The position numbers and the translations under genes were made by a program. A model generated the notes under the pieces. The model was not told the DNA's origin. It saw only the letters and a program-made list of their open reading frames with translations, and did not search any database. Of a stretch of DNA of 64,000 nucleotides, positions 19,591 to 30,635 are shown piece by piece. The stretch covers positions 26,425 through 90,424 of the forward strand of contig CAZENF010000003.1 in NCBI GenBank assembly GCA_964513645.1, read 5' to 3'. How positions within the stretch are numbered: the stretch's first letter is position 1; the number at the start of each line of letters is the position of its first letter. The stretch comes from an uncultured Candidatus Saccharibacteria bacterium. GTDB taxonomy: Bacteria > Patescibacteriota > Minisyncoccia > 2-02-FULL-40-12 > GWA2-44-9.

Positions 19591-21401
<1,811 letters not shown>

Positions 21402-21415
21402 AATAGAAGAAAATT

Positions 21416-21442
21416 AAAAACGGCTTTTAGAAAGCCGTTTTT
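21416..21442. terminator. bidirectional terminator
   Basis: aaaaacggcttt-tagaa-aagccgttttt between convergent genes. Confidence 0.6.
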
Positions 21443-22124
21443 ACATTTTTAGTCCGAAATTTAGGAAAAAAGAAGGTGAATGAAGCCATTTGCCAATATG
21501 TGAGTATTCTATTGTGTCATTTTTTATCTCATATTTGTCCAAACCGATCTTCATCATGTCGTCTGTAATTCCTGTCTCAAAAATGAATTTTGAGGTCCTT
21601 TTTGCAATCCCTATTCCCGCGGACGGATAGAGAACCGCATTGTGAGGCATTCCTATGAACGGAATAGTTGAATTTCTTACCGCGTATGTATGCTCGTACG
21701 ACAAATAGTTATCGCTGCCTTCTCTGAAGTTGGTTTTGTCAAAGGACGATGAGGCCAATCCCCAGATAGTCCCGCCATTTGCTTTTATTTCAAGATTCTT
21801 GAATTTAAAACTTCGAAAAACTTTAAATCTCAATATTTGTCCGGAATCAATATAGGCGATATCACTTTTAGAATAGCCGACTGACCAACCCGATATTTTC
21901 ATATGAGGAGTGTCAAAGTAATTCTCGATCTCTATGTTAAGACTGGGAAATTTGAAATCGAAGTCAGAAACTCCACTTTTTTCAAAGGCAGGTCCAAATT
22001 TCAGATATAGTCCGCCGCTATCGTTAACATTTTTCCGTAAAACATCTTCTTGGGAAAAAACATTCTTCGGTAAAATTAAAATTACCGCTGTGATTGCGAT
22101 GCAGAGATTTTTCATCTTAGTCAT
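21441..22124 (-). CDS. hypothetical secreted protein
   Basis: Signal peptide, beta-rich composition, no motif recognised. Confidence 0.35.
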   Translation of the reverse strand: MTKMKNLCIAITAVILILPKNVFSQEDVLRKNVNDSGGLYLKFGPAFEKSGVSDFDFKFPSLNIEIENYFDTPHMKISGWSVGYSKSDIAYIDSGQILRFKVFRSFKFKNLEIKANGGTIWGLASSSFDKTNFREGSDNYLSYEHTYAVRNSTIPFIGMPHNAVLYPSAGIGIAKRTSKFIFETGITDDMMKIGLDKYEIKNDTIEYSHIGKWLHSPSFFLNFGLKM

Positions 22125-23044
22125 TTTCCGGCCAAGACTTTAAATAGCGGGCTTTTTGCGTAATTTGGATATTGATAAGGATTCATTATAAGACTGAATC
22201 CGGAATCATTTCCGCTATCGCCGCCCCACAGGGTGTACCAGTAAATTCTTTCCGGGCGTAAATAGTTTCTTATCTCGTCGTAAGTATGCTGGACGTATGA
22301 TATTTGTTCGTTTGGATCAGCGGTTCCCGTCTCTGTAACCCAGACTCTATAACCGCCCAGACGGTCGTTGATAATACCCGGATATGACACGAGTGTTGCG
22401 CTCGAATAGACGTTCACGGCGATTATTAAATTATTAGGCGACATCGATGTTAGGCCGAGATCCGCCATTTTAGAAAGTTCATTCGGCCCATAGATTCCGG
22501 ATCCGAAAGTAGACTGCGTCAGCAACACTCTGTCCGGATAGTTTACCCGGACAAAGTTATATACTTTTTTCAGGACGGTCATATATTGTTCAATACTCAT
22601 TCTGGGTCCGGAACTCGGCAATATGGTAGTTATCTCGTTGCCTATCTGGAAGTAGCGGATTTCAGGATAAGCGGAAAAGATATTGCTGATATCCTGTTCG
22701 ATATTGTCATCGAAAAGATAGTAATTATCTATGAGTCCTAAGACCTCAATACCCATAGAATTGAACATTTTCGTATAAGGGTTATTGAGCCCATATGCTC
22801 GTTTATCAATTTCTATCCGCACACCTCTTAACATCCCGTTACTAATGAGGGCGGTTGTTGCATCACGATAGGCGCTCTCAACTCCACCCGGAGTGTGAGC
22901 GTTAATGTAGGGAGACCATTGCGGCAAATTTAGGGTTGAGCCTGGTCCGGTTAGGTTGGAAATGCCTTTACTCCCACACCCCGTTAAGGATATAAGCAGT
23001 ATGGCAGTAAGAAATGTTAAGAGTTTCCTCATCTTTATTTCCAC
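22121..23044 (-). CDS. lipoprotein, putative clan GH-A glycoside hydrolase (TIM barrel)
   Basis: Lipobox LTGCGS. IGNEITT (NE acid/base-like) and VWVTETG (TE nucleophile-like) spaced as in GH-A enzymes. Family not assignable. Confidence 0.4.
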   Translation of the reverse strand: MEIKMRKLLTFLTAILLISLTGCGSKGISNLTGPGSTLNLPQWSPYINAHTPGGVESAYRDATTALISNGMLRGVRIEIDKRAYGLNNPYTKMFNSMGIEVLGLIDNYYLFDDNIEQDISNIFSAYPEIRYFQIGNEITTILPSSGPRMSIEQYMTVLKKVYNFVRVNYPDRVLLTQSTFGSGIYGPNELSKMADLGLTSMSPNNLIIAVNVYSSATLVSYPGIINDRLGGYRVWVTETGTADPNEQISYVQHTYDEIRNYLRPERIYWYTLWGGDSGNDSGFSLIMNPYQYPNYAKSPLFKVLAGK

Positions 23045-23169
23045 ACTCTATTTTAAGGTGCTTTTGTGCTTTTATACTAAAATTTAATCAAAAGTCAAGT
23101 CAAAATAAAAAGCTCTTTCCATATTTTTATTTTGACTTTCCGCTAAACCGGGTCTATAATTAACTGATT

Positions 23170-23724
23170 ATGGGTATTATTTATATATTTATTGCGATTT
23201 TCGGTCTGGTTGTTTTGTGGTTGGCCGGTTCATATAATGGTCTGGTCCGTTCTCGGAACAGGGTCAAAGAATCCTGGTCCGATATCGACGTCCAATTAAA
23301 ACGCCGTCACGACCTGATTCCTAATTTGATAGAAACGGTCAAAGGTTACGCTGCGCATGAAAAACAAACTTTAGATGCGGTCATCCAGGCCAGAGCCAAA
23401 GCAATGTCGGCCGGCAGTTTAGCCGACAAAGGTCAGGCCGAAAATATGCTCTCCGGGGCGTTGAAAAATCTGTTTGCCTTAGCCGAAGCATATCCGCAAC
23501 TTCGCGCCGTCGAGAGCTTTTCAAAATTACAGGATGAACTTACCGATACGGAAGACAAGATCCAGGCTGCTAGACGCTTCTATAACTCGAACGTTATGGT
23601 CTTGAACAACAAGATAGAAATGTTCCCGACCAATATCTTTGCCAGCTCGTTCGGGTTTGAAAAAGCTGAATTCTTCCAGCTTGATGATAAAGCGGAACGC
23701 GAACCCGTGGCGGTTAAATTTTAA
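23170..23724 (+). CDS. lemA: LemA family protein
   Basis: N-terminal TM helix then SYNGLVRSRNRVKESWSDIDVQLKRRHDLIPNL, diagnostic of LemA. Confidence 0.8.
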   Translation: MGIIYIFIAIFGLVVLWLAGSYNGLVRSRNRVKESWSDIDVQLKRRHDLIPNLIETVKGYAAHEKQTLDAVIQARAKAMSAGSLADKGQAENMLSGALKNLFALAEAYPQLRAVESFSKLQDELTDTEDKIQAARRFYNSNVMVLNNKIEMFPTNIFASSFGFEKAEFFQLDDKAEREPVAVKF

Positions 23725-24119
23725 AACATTAGCAAACTTTATATTTTTGACTCGGACCGGATGTCCAAAGTTTCCAGCGAACTTTGGCATCCTATACTCT
23801 CGACATTTTGTAAAACACCTATTTATTGTCAATAACTATCTCGCCCATATTTCTTAATGTGGCCTATTGCAGCTTAGTCGCGCTGATGGGCCGCAAAGAA
23901 ATATAGGGCTCGATGGTATTGACCAAGAGATTGTTACGCACAATCTCTTGGTATTTGATGAGCCAAAATGCCTGCGAGAATTTCCTCGCTAAAAATATAA
24001 AGTTTGCCAATTAAATAACCCCTCCAATTTTATAAATCTTAACAATAAAATTGAAGGAGTCCTTTTAATTTAACTATTTGTCCGAAGGAATAAAGTAGGT
24101 CGAGAAATTAAAAGGACGA

Positions 24120-25031
24120 GTGAATATGAATTTATATCAACAACAAGATTCAAATGTCAGGAAGACGTGGTTACTTATAACCGGGTTTTTGGTTATGATA
24201 ATCGGTTTCGGCTGGCTGTTCAGTTATGCGTACAATGCGCCCCAGATATTATATTTCGCCGTTTTTATAAGCGTGGGAATGAACATTGTTTCGTATTGGT
24301 ACTCGGACAAGATCGCCTTAGCGATGTCAGGAGCAATGCCGGTTGAAAGAGCCGGCAACGAAGAGCTTTACCGGATAATCGAGAACCTTTGTATCACCGC
24401 CGGTTTGCCGGTGCCTAAAATTTATGTGATAGGTTCTGAACAGATAAATGCTTTTGCGACCGGCCGCGATCCGCAACATGCTTCAATTGCGGTGACTCGG
24501 GGCGCTTTGGTTAAATTAAATCATGCCGAGCTTGAAGGAGTCATCGCTCACGAAATGTCCCATGTTGGGAATCGTGATATCCTTGTCTCGACCGTGGTTG
24601 TGGTCTTGGCCGGATTGATAGGCGTTCTGGCCGATTGGTTTTTGCGGATAAGCTTCTGGGGAGGTTTTGGTGGAAGGCGCAGTCGTGAGGAAGGGGAGGC
24701 CGGGACCATCGTGATGGCAATCGGTCTGATTGCCGCTATTTTGGCGCCCATTGCCGCAACCTTAATCCAGCTTGCGGTCTCGCGAAAGAGGGAATTTTTG
24801 GCTGATGCGTCTGGTGCGCTTTTGACCCGCTATCCGGAGGGACTCGCGAGTGCGCTTGAGAAAATAGAACATGACCAGGCGCCGATGCAGACCGCTTATA
24901 ATGCGACGGCCCATCTTTTCATTGCCAATCCTTTCAAGGGCAAAGATGCCGGACACTGGATAGCCAAATTATTCTCGACCCATCCGCCGCTCGAAGAAAG
25001 GATAAAAATTCTCCGAGAAATGGAAAAATAA
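24120..25031 (+). CDS. htpX: zinc metalloprotease HtpX (M48)
   Basis: TM helices, HEMSHVGNRD (HExxH), and the M48/HtpX C-terminal region ending FSTHPPLEERI. Confidence 0.85.
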   Translation: MNMNLYQQQDSNVRKTWLLITGFLVMIIGFGWLFSYAYNAPQILYFAVFISVGMNIVSYWYSDKIALAMSGAMPVERAGNEELYRIIENLCITAGLPVPKIYVIGSEQINAFATGRDPQHASIAVTRGALVKLNHAELEGVIAHEMSHVGNRDILVSTVVVVLAGLIGVLADWFLRISFWGGFGGRRSREEGEAGTIVMAIGLIAAILAPIAATLIQLAVSRKREFLADASGALLTRYPEGLASALEKIEHDQAPMQTAYNATAHLFIANPFKGKDAGHWIAKLFSTHPPLEERIKILREMEK

Positions 25032-25284
25032 AAACCGCTCTCGCGGTTAATTTGCCTTTTTCTTGGACAGTTCTTCTTTTAGGACTTTTTTAAGTTCGTG
25101 GCCTTTTTCAAGACGGTCTCTGATTCTTTTCTTTGTTTCCTCGTCGAGCTCGTTCGCTTCCCGGTGTTTCTTACCGTCGGCCACCAAGCCCTCCTCGTCG
25201 TATCGACGGTTTATATTATCTTATAAAATCTCAAAAGTCAAAGATTGAAAAATGGCTTCAAAACTGGTAGAATTATATAAATTT

Positions 25285-25374
25285 TGGAGAGGTCGCATAG
25301 TGGTCTAGTGCGGTTGCTTGGAGAGCAACTGTAGGAGCAATCCTACCGCGAGTTCGAATCTCGCCCTCTCCGCC
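25285..25374 (+). tRNA. tRNA-Ser (anticodon GGA), CCA encoded
   Basis: GGAGAGG...CCTCTCC-G-CCA acceptor with G73, anticodon loop TTGGAGA, long variable arm TAGGAGCAATCCTA, T-loop TTCGAAT. Confidence 0.8.
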
Positions 25375-25516
25375 AAAATTGAAAATCGAAAATTGAAGCG
25401 TCCTCAATCGCATATTTCAAATGTCGAATCGGGGCAACAAAGGGTTGATGTTGTCGAACTTCAATTTTTTGCGAAGATTTATAATAAAGACATTAACTAC
25501 TTTATAAAATAGAGCT

Positions 25517-26488
25517 ATGGAAAACGAACAAATGCCAAAGAAAAGTTTTTGGGGTGACAAAAGATTTTTGTCCGCAAATATTGCGTTAGTTTTGGGTATA
25601 CTCGCAATACTTAGTGGGGTGGGCAGTCAAACAAGTGGCGGAGCATACGAAGGTGCCGGCGAAATGGGTTGGATTTTAGTAATAGGATCATTTGCTTTGA
25701 AATCCGCAAAGAAAAGAAATCTTGGCTTGGTTCAATCCACTAACACAAGAAAGGTTTTAGAAATTGTTGGAGTCTTGGGTTCTTTGGGAGTTTTATATCT
25801 TTATAACCAATTTGCTGGACTTCAAAATATTATCGCTCATCCATTACCGATTGTCGCTGCTGTATTCATCTTAACTTCTTATCTTGTAATAGTTTATAAA
25901 AACTTTTTTGGTGAGGATAAAAAGAAAAGACTAATTCTCGGTTCAGCTTGTTTCTTACTCCTTTTCTTTGCAATTTTCTATTCACTATATTTTCTAAATA
26001 CTTCCCGCGGGCAGGGTTCCGGTGATTCTTGGGGGTTATATACAGCGCAGGATAATAGTTTTAGTGTCCTGTTACCAAGTCAGCCAAAATATGAACAGAA
26101 AAATTACAAGGCTGGAGTAGACTCACAAATTTCCTACACTCAAGATTTGTGGACAGCAGATATGGGCTCAGCTCAATACACTATTGAAAGTTTTGAAATT
26201 CCACAAAATGCATTTGATTTTTCTTCCCCGCAGGCAAATCAGGTTTTATCAGCTTTAGCTGAAGGTTCAATCAAAAAGATTGAGGGAGCAACAGTAACAT
26301 CAAAAACCGATTCAACTTTTCGTTCTTACCCAGCAGTCGATGTCGAGGGAGGAAATTCTAGCATAGCCGTTAAGGGTAGATTCTTTAACGTAGGGCAAAA
26401 GGTATTTGGAATTTTTGTCTTGTACCGCAAGGAATTGCCGATCAGCGATTCTGAATATTCTAGATTTGTTGATTCTTTTCGGCTTTAA
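25517..26488 (+). CDS. hypothetical polytopic membrane protein with C-terminal soluble domain
   Basis: Four or more TM segments, then a ~150-aa hydrophilic domain. No motif recognised. Confidence 0.4.
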   Translation: MENEQMPKKSFWGDKRFLSANIALVLGILAILSGVGSQTSGGAYEGAGEMGWILVIGSFALKSAKKRNLGLVQSTNTRKVLEIVGVLGSLGVLYLYNQFAGLQNIIAHPLPIVAAVFILTSYLVIVYKNFFGEDKKKRLILGSACFLLLFFAIFYSLYFLNTSRGQGSGDSWGLYTAQDNSFSVLLPSQPKYEQKNYKAGVDSQISYTQDLWTADMGSAQYTIESFEIPQNAFDFSSPQANQVLSALAEGSIKKIEGATVTSKTDSTFRSYPAVDVEGGNSSIAVKGRFFNVGQKVFGIFVLYRKELPISDSEYSRFVDSFRL

Positions 26489-26489
26489 G

Positions 26490-27188
26490 ATGGACGATAA
26501 TAGCGAGCCAATCAAAAAAGAAATCGGTGGAATGAAACTCCCCGATGGCATAGCCATCGGCCCTTTGTATTTCAGTAAAGACGGAAAAACAGCGAGCGCA
26601 CTTATGATGCAACCTGCCATAATTCCTTTTGATTTTAGCGTCACAAACGCTCTTAACCGCTTGAATAAGACATCATTGCCGATTGATGAGTTTCAAACAG
26701 AGTTTAATTCTTTAGTCGGCAACCTTGTTGCTGATACTTTGATCTATTTTCAAAATAGGATTAAACCAATAGTTCAAGGTGGTGCTGGTCATTTCAATGA
26801 TATGGGCGACTGTCTTAGGGAGTATAAAAAAGTTGGGATTGAAATTGAAAATATGTGCGATTTTGATTTTCTTAAATCGCTTAGTGATGTTCGCGGAAGG
26901 AAACAGCATAGTGACCGCCGATATGATGCAGATAATACAATCAACGGTGTGTCTTACGATACAATAGAAAAACTCCGAGAACTCACTAACAAAGTCAAAA
27001 AAGAAATTCATGATTTTGACGGCAAACTTGCCCTCACTCATAAAGACTACGATGTAAAAGTAACTCAAACTCCAAACAGTACTTCAATCGAATTTACAGC
27101 ACTTAATCACGCATTTGATTTAACGAGAGGTGGAAAAGTTGTACCTCCAAAACCAAAACCACCGACTGATTCAGAAACTTCGGCATAA
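26490..27188 (+). CDS. hypothetical protein
   Basis: ORF track gives 26406..27188. The internal Met (MDDNSEP) at 26490 directly follows the upstream stop and is the likelier start. Confidence 0.35.
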   Translation: MDDNSEPIKKEIGGMKLPDGIAIGPLYFSKDGKTASALMMQPAIIPFDFSVTNALNRLNKTSLPIDEFQTEFNSLVGNLVADTLIYFQNRIKPIVQGGAGHFNDMGDCLREYKKVGIEIENMCDFDFLKSLSDVRGRKQHSDRRYDADNTINGVSYDTIEKLRELTNKVKKEIHDFDGKLALTHKDYDVKVTQTPNSTSIEFTALNHAFDLTRGGKVVPPKPKPPTDSETSA

Positions 27189-27196
27189 AGGGAGCA

Positions 27197-27240
27197 ATCC
27201 CCGCCGTTTTTAGGAGATATTATAAAACGGCGGGGATTTG
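27197..27240. terminator. long hairpin terminator (15-bp stem)
   Basis: aatccccgccgtttt / aaaacggcggggatt with an 11-nt loop. Confidence 0.5.
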
Positions 27241-27379
27241 TGCGCGCACTGGGACGGTGGGGCAAGGCGCAAAGGTCATTCATCAAAATCCTGTGGATTT
27301 TCTCCGACATAGTTTCGAACTTCGTCCAATACACACCGCACCTTTTGTCTTTAATTAAAATTTCCGATACAATTCCTAT

Positions 27380-27844
27380 ATGCTAAGAATGAACTCAAAG
27401 GCGCCGGAATTCTCTTTGCCTGACCAGAATGGCAAGATGCACAGACTCTCTGATTATAAGGACCGGTGGGTCTTGGTCTATTTTTATCCTAAAGACGACA
27501 CTTCCGGTTGTACCAAGGAAGCGTGCGTCCTTCGGGATAATTTACCTGATTTTAAAAAGCTCGATTGCGTGATTCTCGGTATCAGCGTTGATTCTGTCAA
27601 AAGCCATGATAAGTTTGCCAAAAAGTACGGATTGAATTTTGCGTTGCTGGCGGATGAGGAAAAAGACGTCGTGACAAAATACGGCGCCTGGCAGAAAAAG
27701 AAATTTATGGGCAAGGAATATATGGGAATCAAGAGGATGTCGTATTTGATAGATCCGGACGGCAAAGTCGCTAAGGTTTATTCCGATGTTAAGCCGGCTG
27801 AACATGCACTTGAAGTTTTAAACGATCTCAAGTCTTTGGAATGA
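27380..27844 (+). CDS. bcp: peroxiredoxin Bcp (thiol peroxidase, AhpC/TSA family)
   Basis: YPKDDTSGCTKEAC peroxidatic-Cys motif. 154 aa. Confidence 0.85.
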   Translation: MLRMNSKAPEFSLPDQNGKMHRLSDYKDRWVLVYFYPKDDTSGCTKEACVLRDNLPDFKKLDCVILGISVDSVKSHDKFAKKYGLNFALLADEEKDVVTKYGAWQKKKFMGKEYMGIKRMSYLIDPDGKVAKVYSDVKPAEHALEVLNDLKSLE

Positions 27845-28860
27845 GAACCAAGCTTCTCGTCATCGGTCTGTTACTTCTCGGAGCTTATCTCTTAATTTTT
27901 CATATTGAATTTTTGTGTTCGAGACTGCCCAACAAGCTCGGCTGTTTCGAGGGTAATTTAAAATTCAGGACAGACTTTATTAGCCTTGATAACGGCAAGA
28001 AATATCTTGCCGGGCTCAACGACGATAAATATCTTACTTTCGGCGAGTGCCATACTCTGGCTCATCAGCTTGGTCACTGGGCGGTTGATAAAGGCATCGG
28101 GATGGTCGAAGCAATGGAACAGGGCAGTGCTTTTTGCGGCTGGGGATTTTTTCACGGAGTTTTAGAAGGCCTTTTCGGCGAAGGCGGCGGGCATGGGAAA
28201 ATATCGGTTGAGGATGCATTTAAAACTTGCGATAAGATTAACAAGGATGACCGCCTCCGGGTTTTTAACTGTTTTCATGCTCTTGGCCATGGGTTTTTTG
28301 CGGTTGATGAGAATTTGAAAAATTCCCTGAACCGATGTGATATCAGCGCCGCCGCATTAACCCAAGGGTTTTGCTATGATGGAGTTTTTATGGCTCAAAC
28401 TTTTTCGGAGGCCGAAGAAGCGCCTGATAAATTAAAAAAAACAGAAAATCTATTGTCGGTCTGCGGCAACTTGGCGGGTAAAAGCCGGTTATATTGCTAT
28501 TGGCGGTATGTTCCGATAGATGTTTTTACGGATGAAATGGTCCTGCCGTCCGAGGATATTATCAATTCTGTTTCTATAAAAATTCCAAACGAAATGCGGC
28601 CGATCTTCTGGAATGGTTTTGGCCGTGAACTCGAGAGCCGTTTTGCCGGAGATGAAAATATTATAACTAAAACCTGTAATTGGGCAGGGGATTATAGAAT
28701 AGATTGTGTCGAAGGTGCGGCGATGCACATGCTTTTCTTCGATCTGGGCGGTACTTCAAGACCGGATAAGTTATGCCGTCGGGCATTATCGGATAAATAT
28801 GTCGATACTTGTGTTAGTGATATAAATGCATCTCTATATCCAGGTCCATTTTCAAATTAA
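27841..28860 (+). CDS. hypothetical membrane-anchored Cys-rich protein
   Basis: N-terminal TM helix. 4-nt overlap with bcp. Many Cys/His. Confidence 0.4.
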   Translation: MRTKLLVIGLLLLGAYLLIFHIEFLCSRLPNKLGCFEGNLKFRTDFISLDNGKKYLAGLNDDKYLTFGECHTLAHQLGHWAVDKGIGMVEAMEQGSAFCGWGFFHGVLEGLFGEGGGHGKISVEDAFKTCDKINKDDRLRVFNCFHALGHGFFAVDENLKNSLNRCDISAAALTQGFCYDGVFMAQTFSEAEEAPDKLKKTENLLSVCGNLAGKSRLYCYWRYVPIDVFTDEMVLPSEDIINSVSIKIPNEMRPIFWNGFGRELESRFAGDENIITKTCNWAGDYRIDCVEGAAMHMLFFDLGGTSRPDKLCRRALSDKYVDTCVSDINASLYPGPFSN

Positions 28861-28866
28861 GGATTT

Positions 28867-29472
28867 TTGTGTACACTTTTCACGGCAGTTCTTTATAGAG
28901 GAAATTCAGTGATAGAAAGTAGTCCAACGATCCGTATCTACAGCCGGATGATAAGTTATGCCCTTCTCGGTTATCAGGACCTCGACAAAACCGAACATCT
29001 TCTTTTTGACGGCGCATTGCGGGCCAGACGTAATGCCCAGGCGCCCTATTCCCACTATCATGTCGGAGCCGCGGTATTAAATGAAAAGGGGACGATAAAT
29101 ATCGGATGTAATGTCGAAAGGGCGAATTGGACGGCTACGACTCATGCCGAACAAAACGCGATTGACTCGATGGTAACCTGGGAGGGTTCTGTAAAAATAA
29201 AAAAATTGGCTTTTATCGGCGGACCGAAAGATTCGGAACCGGAAATTCTTAAGGCGGCAGTTCCTAAAGATTTTTATCAGTTCGTTGAAATACCCGTTCC
29301 CTGTGGCCACTGTCTTCAGATAATCTGGGAAAACTGTCATGGCGACGATTCTGCCCAACTGTACTCATACTCATCCGTGCTCGAATGTTTCTGCCGGATA
29401 AATATCGGCGATGCGTTTCCGTTCAAATTCGGCCCCAAAGACTTAGATATTGATTATTCAAAATTTAAATAA
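28867..29472 (+). CDS. cytidine/deoxycytidylate deaminase family protein
   Basis: HAEQNAI zinc-ligand motif plus PCGHCLQ (PCxxC) of the CDA fold. Confidence 0.55.
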   Translation: MCTLFTAVLYRGNSVIESSPTIRIYSRMISYALLGYQDLDKTEHLLFDGALRARRNAQAPYSHYHVGAAVLNEKGTINIGCNVERANWTATTHAEQNAIDSMVTWEGSVKIKKLAFIGGPKDSEPEILKAAVPKDFYQFVEIPVPCGHCLQIIWENCHGDDSAQLYSYSSVLECFCRINIGDAFPFKFGPKDLDIDYSKFK

Positions 29473-29503
29473 ATCCCCGCTTGGAGCAGGGATTTTTATT
29501 TTA
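29472..29503. terminator. bidirectional terminator
   Basis: aatccccgc-ttgga-gcagggatt followed by tttttatttt. Overlaps the stop codon of the convergent gene. Confidence 0.55.
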
Positions 29504-30425
29504 TATTATTACGGTCAAGAAAATCTTTTACGTCTTTTGCTGAAAGAGCTATGGTAAAATTATAACCGTCGGAACTCATAACGGTAATTCCGATCAGTTC
29601 TCCGTTCCGATTGAAAACTGGACCGCCGGAATAACCAGGTTCGGCGTGACCTCTCAAGGTATATCTTTTATTCATACCGCGTCCTACGGATTCGTGAATA
29701 TCGTTTATGGAAACTATCTCACTTTTAAATACATAACGGAATACTCCGTCCTGGCTCAGCAATGTGCCGGTGGTATACGTCTCGGTACCGAGATCGGATT
29801 TGTCCGTCAGCTTCTGAGATAATGTCAGGATTTTGAAAGTAAAGTCTCCTTGGACATTAGACTCGATAGCATCTTTCATGGTACCAGGCGGAACCTGAAG
29901 AACCATGATATCCGGATCGGCTTGATCGGCACTATAAACCCGCAGGTTTAAAGGAATTCTGAAGATCTCACTTCTTTCAGGAAAAACTATTCCGAATATT
30001 TCGTAACTGTACGTGGCGGTAATGCCGGCTTCTTTGTCTTTTTTGGTCTGTTCCTGTATTTTTTTGAACGGTTCACTAAGGACGTGTCTGGCCGATATTA
30101 CAACGCCTGGCTTAATAAAGCTGCCATTACCCATCGCAGTAAAAAGTGCGACCCGGTCTTTGTCTTTTTCTTTTTCATAAAAGTTGATGAGGATAACTAT
30201 ATTGTTGAAGTGTGCCTGGTAGACCGCGTCAGGCAGCGGCTCGTCCGCGATAATAACATCTTTTCCGTTGAGACGCTCGGTTCGGTTGTGCGAGTTTGGC
30301 TGTCCATAGACAGGCCGGTATGTAAGTAAAAATATGATCAGTAACGGTAAAAACCTATTAATTTTCACGACGCCACCTCTTTTTAAAGAGCCGACTTTTG
30401 CATAAAAAAACGGAGTTAATGCCAA
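29496..30425 (-). CDS. trypsin-like (S1/S1C) serine peptidase, secreted
   Basis: Signal peptide. Catalytic-Ser region GHAEPGYSGGPVFNRNGELIGI (GxSGGP-like). Confidence 0.55.
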   Translation of the reverse strand: MALTPFFYAKVGSLKRGGVVKINRFLPLLIIFLLTYRPVYGQPNSHNRTERLNGKDVIIADEPLPDAVYQAHFNNIVILINFYEKEKDKDRVALFTAMGNGSFIKPGVVISARHVLSEPFKKIQEQTKKDKEAGITATYSYEIFGIVFPERSEIFRIPLNLRVYSADQADPDIMVLQVPPGTMKDAIESNVQGDFTFKILTLSQKLTDKSDLGTETYTTGTLLSQDGVFRYVFKSEIVSINDIHESVGRGMNKRYTLRGHAEPGYSGGPVFNRNGELIGITVMSSDGYNFTIALSAKDVKDFLDRNNIK

Positions 30426-30635
30426 AGTCCCTGCCCGGTTCGGTCGGGCCTACTTTAGGGATAGAGTCGGCATGCTCCGCGGATGCAAGAGTCACTTGCC
30501 CTTTCCTTTCCGAGTATTAAAGCCAGTCTATTATACTTAATAATTTAGGCAATCGGGGGTGTTGATATGTCTTGACTGGGGTTGTTTATAGTGTCATTCT
30601 TGCCGTAAATTGATCTTTACCAATCAGGAGACCCC

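Noticed and set aside
25318-25512. 64-aa ORF overlapping tRNA-Ser
   Set aside because: It starts inside the tRNA gene. The tRNA cloverleaf is far better supported.
27107-27334. 75-aa minus-strand ORF spanning the 27197-27240 hairpin
   Set aside because: It overlaps a strong terminator hairpin and the 3' end of the upstream gene. It is likely non-coding.
30426-30635. Possible small RNA (SRP, RNase P or 6S) in the 210-nt divergent intergenic region
   Set aside because: It contains a ggcccgaccgaaccgggc hairpin. I could not match SRP domain IV, RNase P P4, or tmRNA tRNA-like ends. It is most simply a divergent promoter region.
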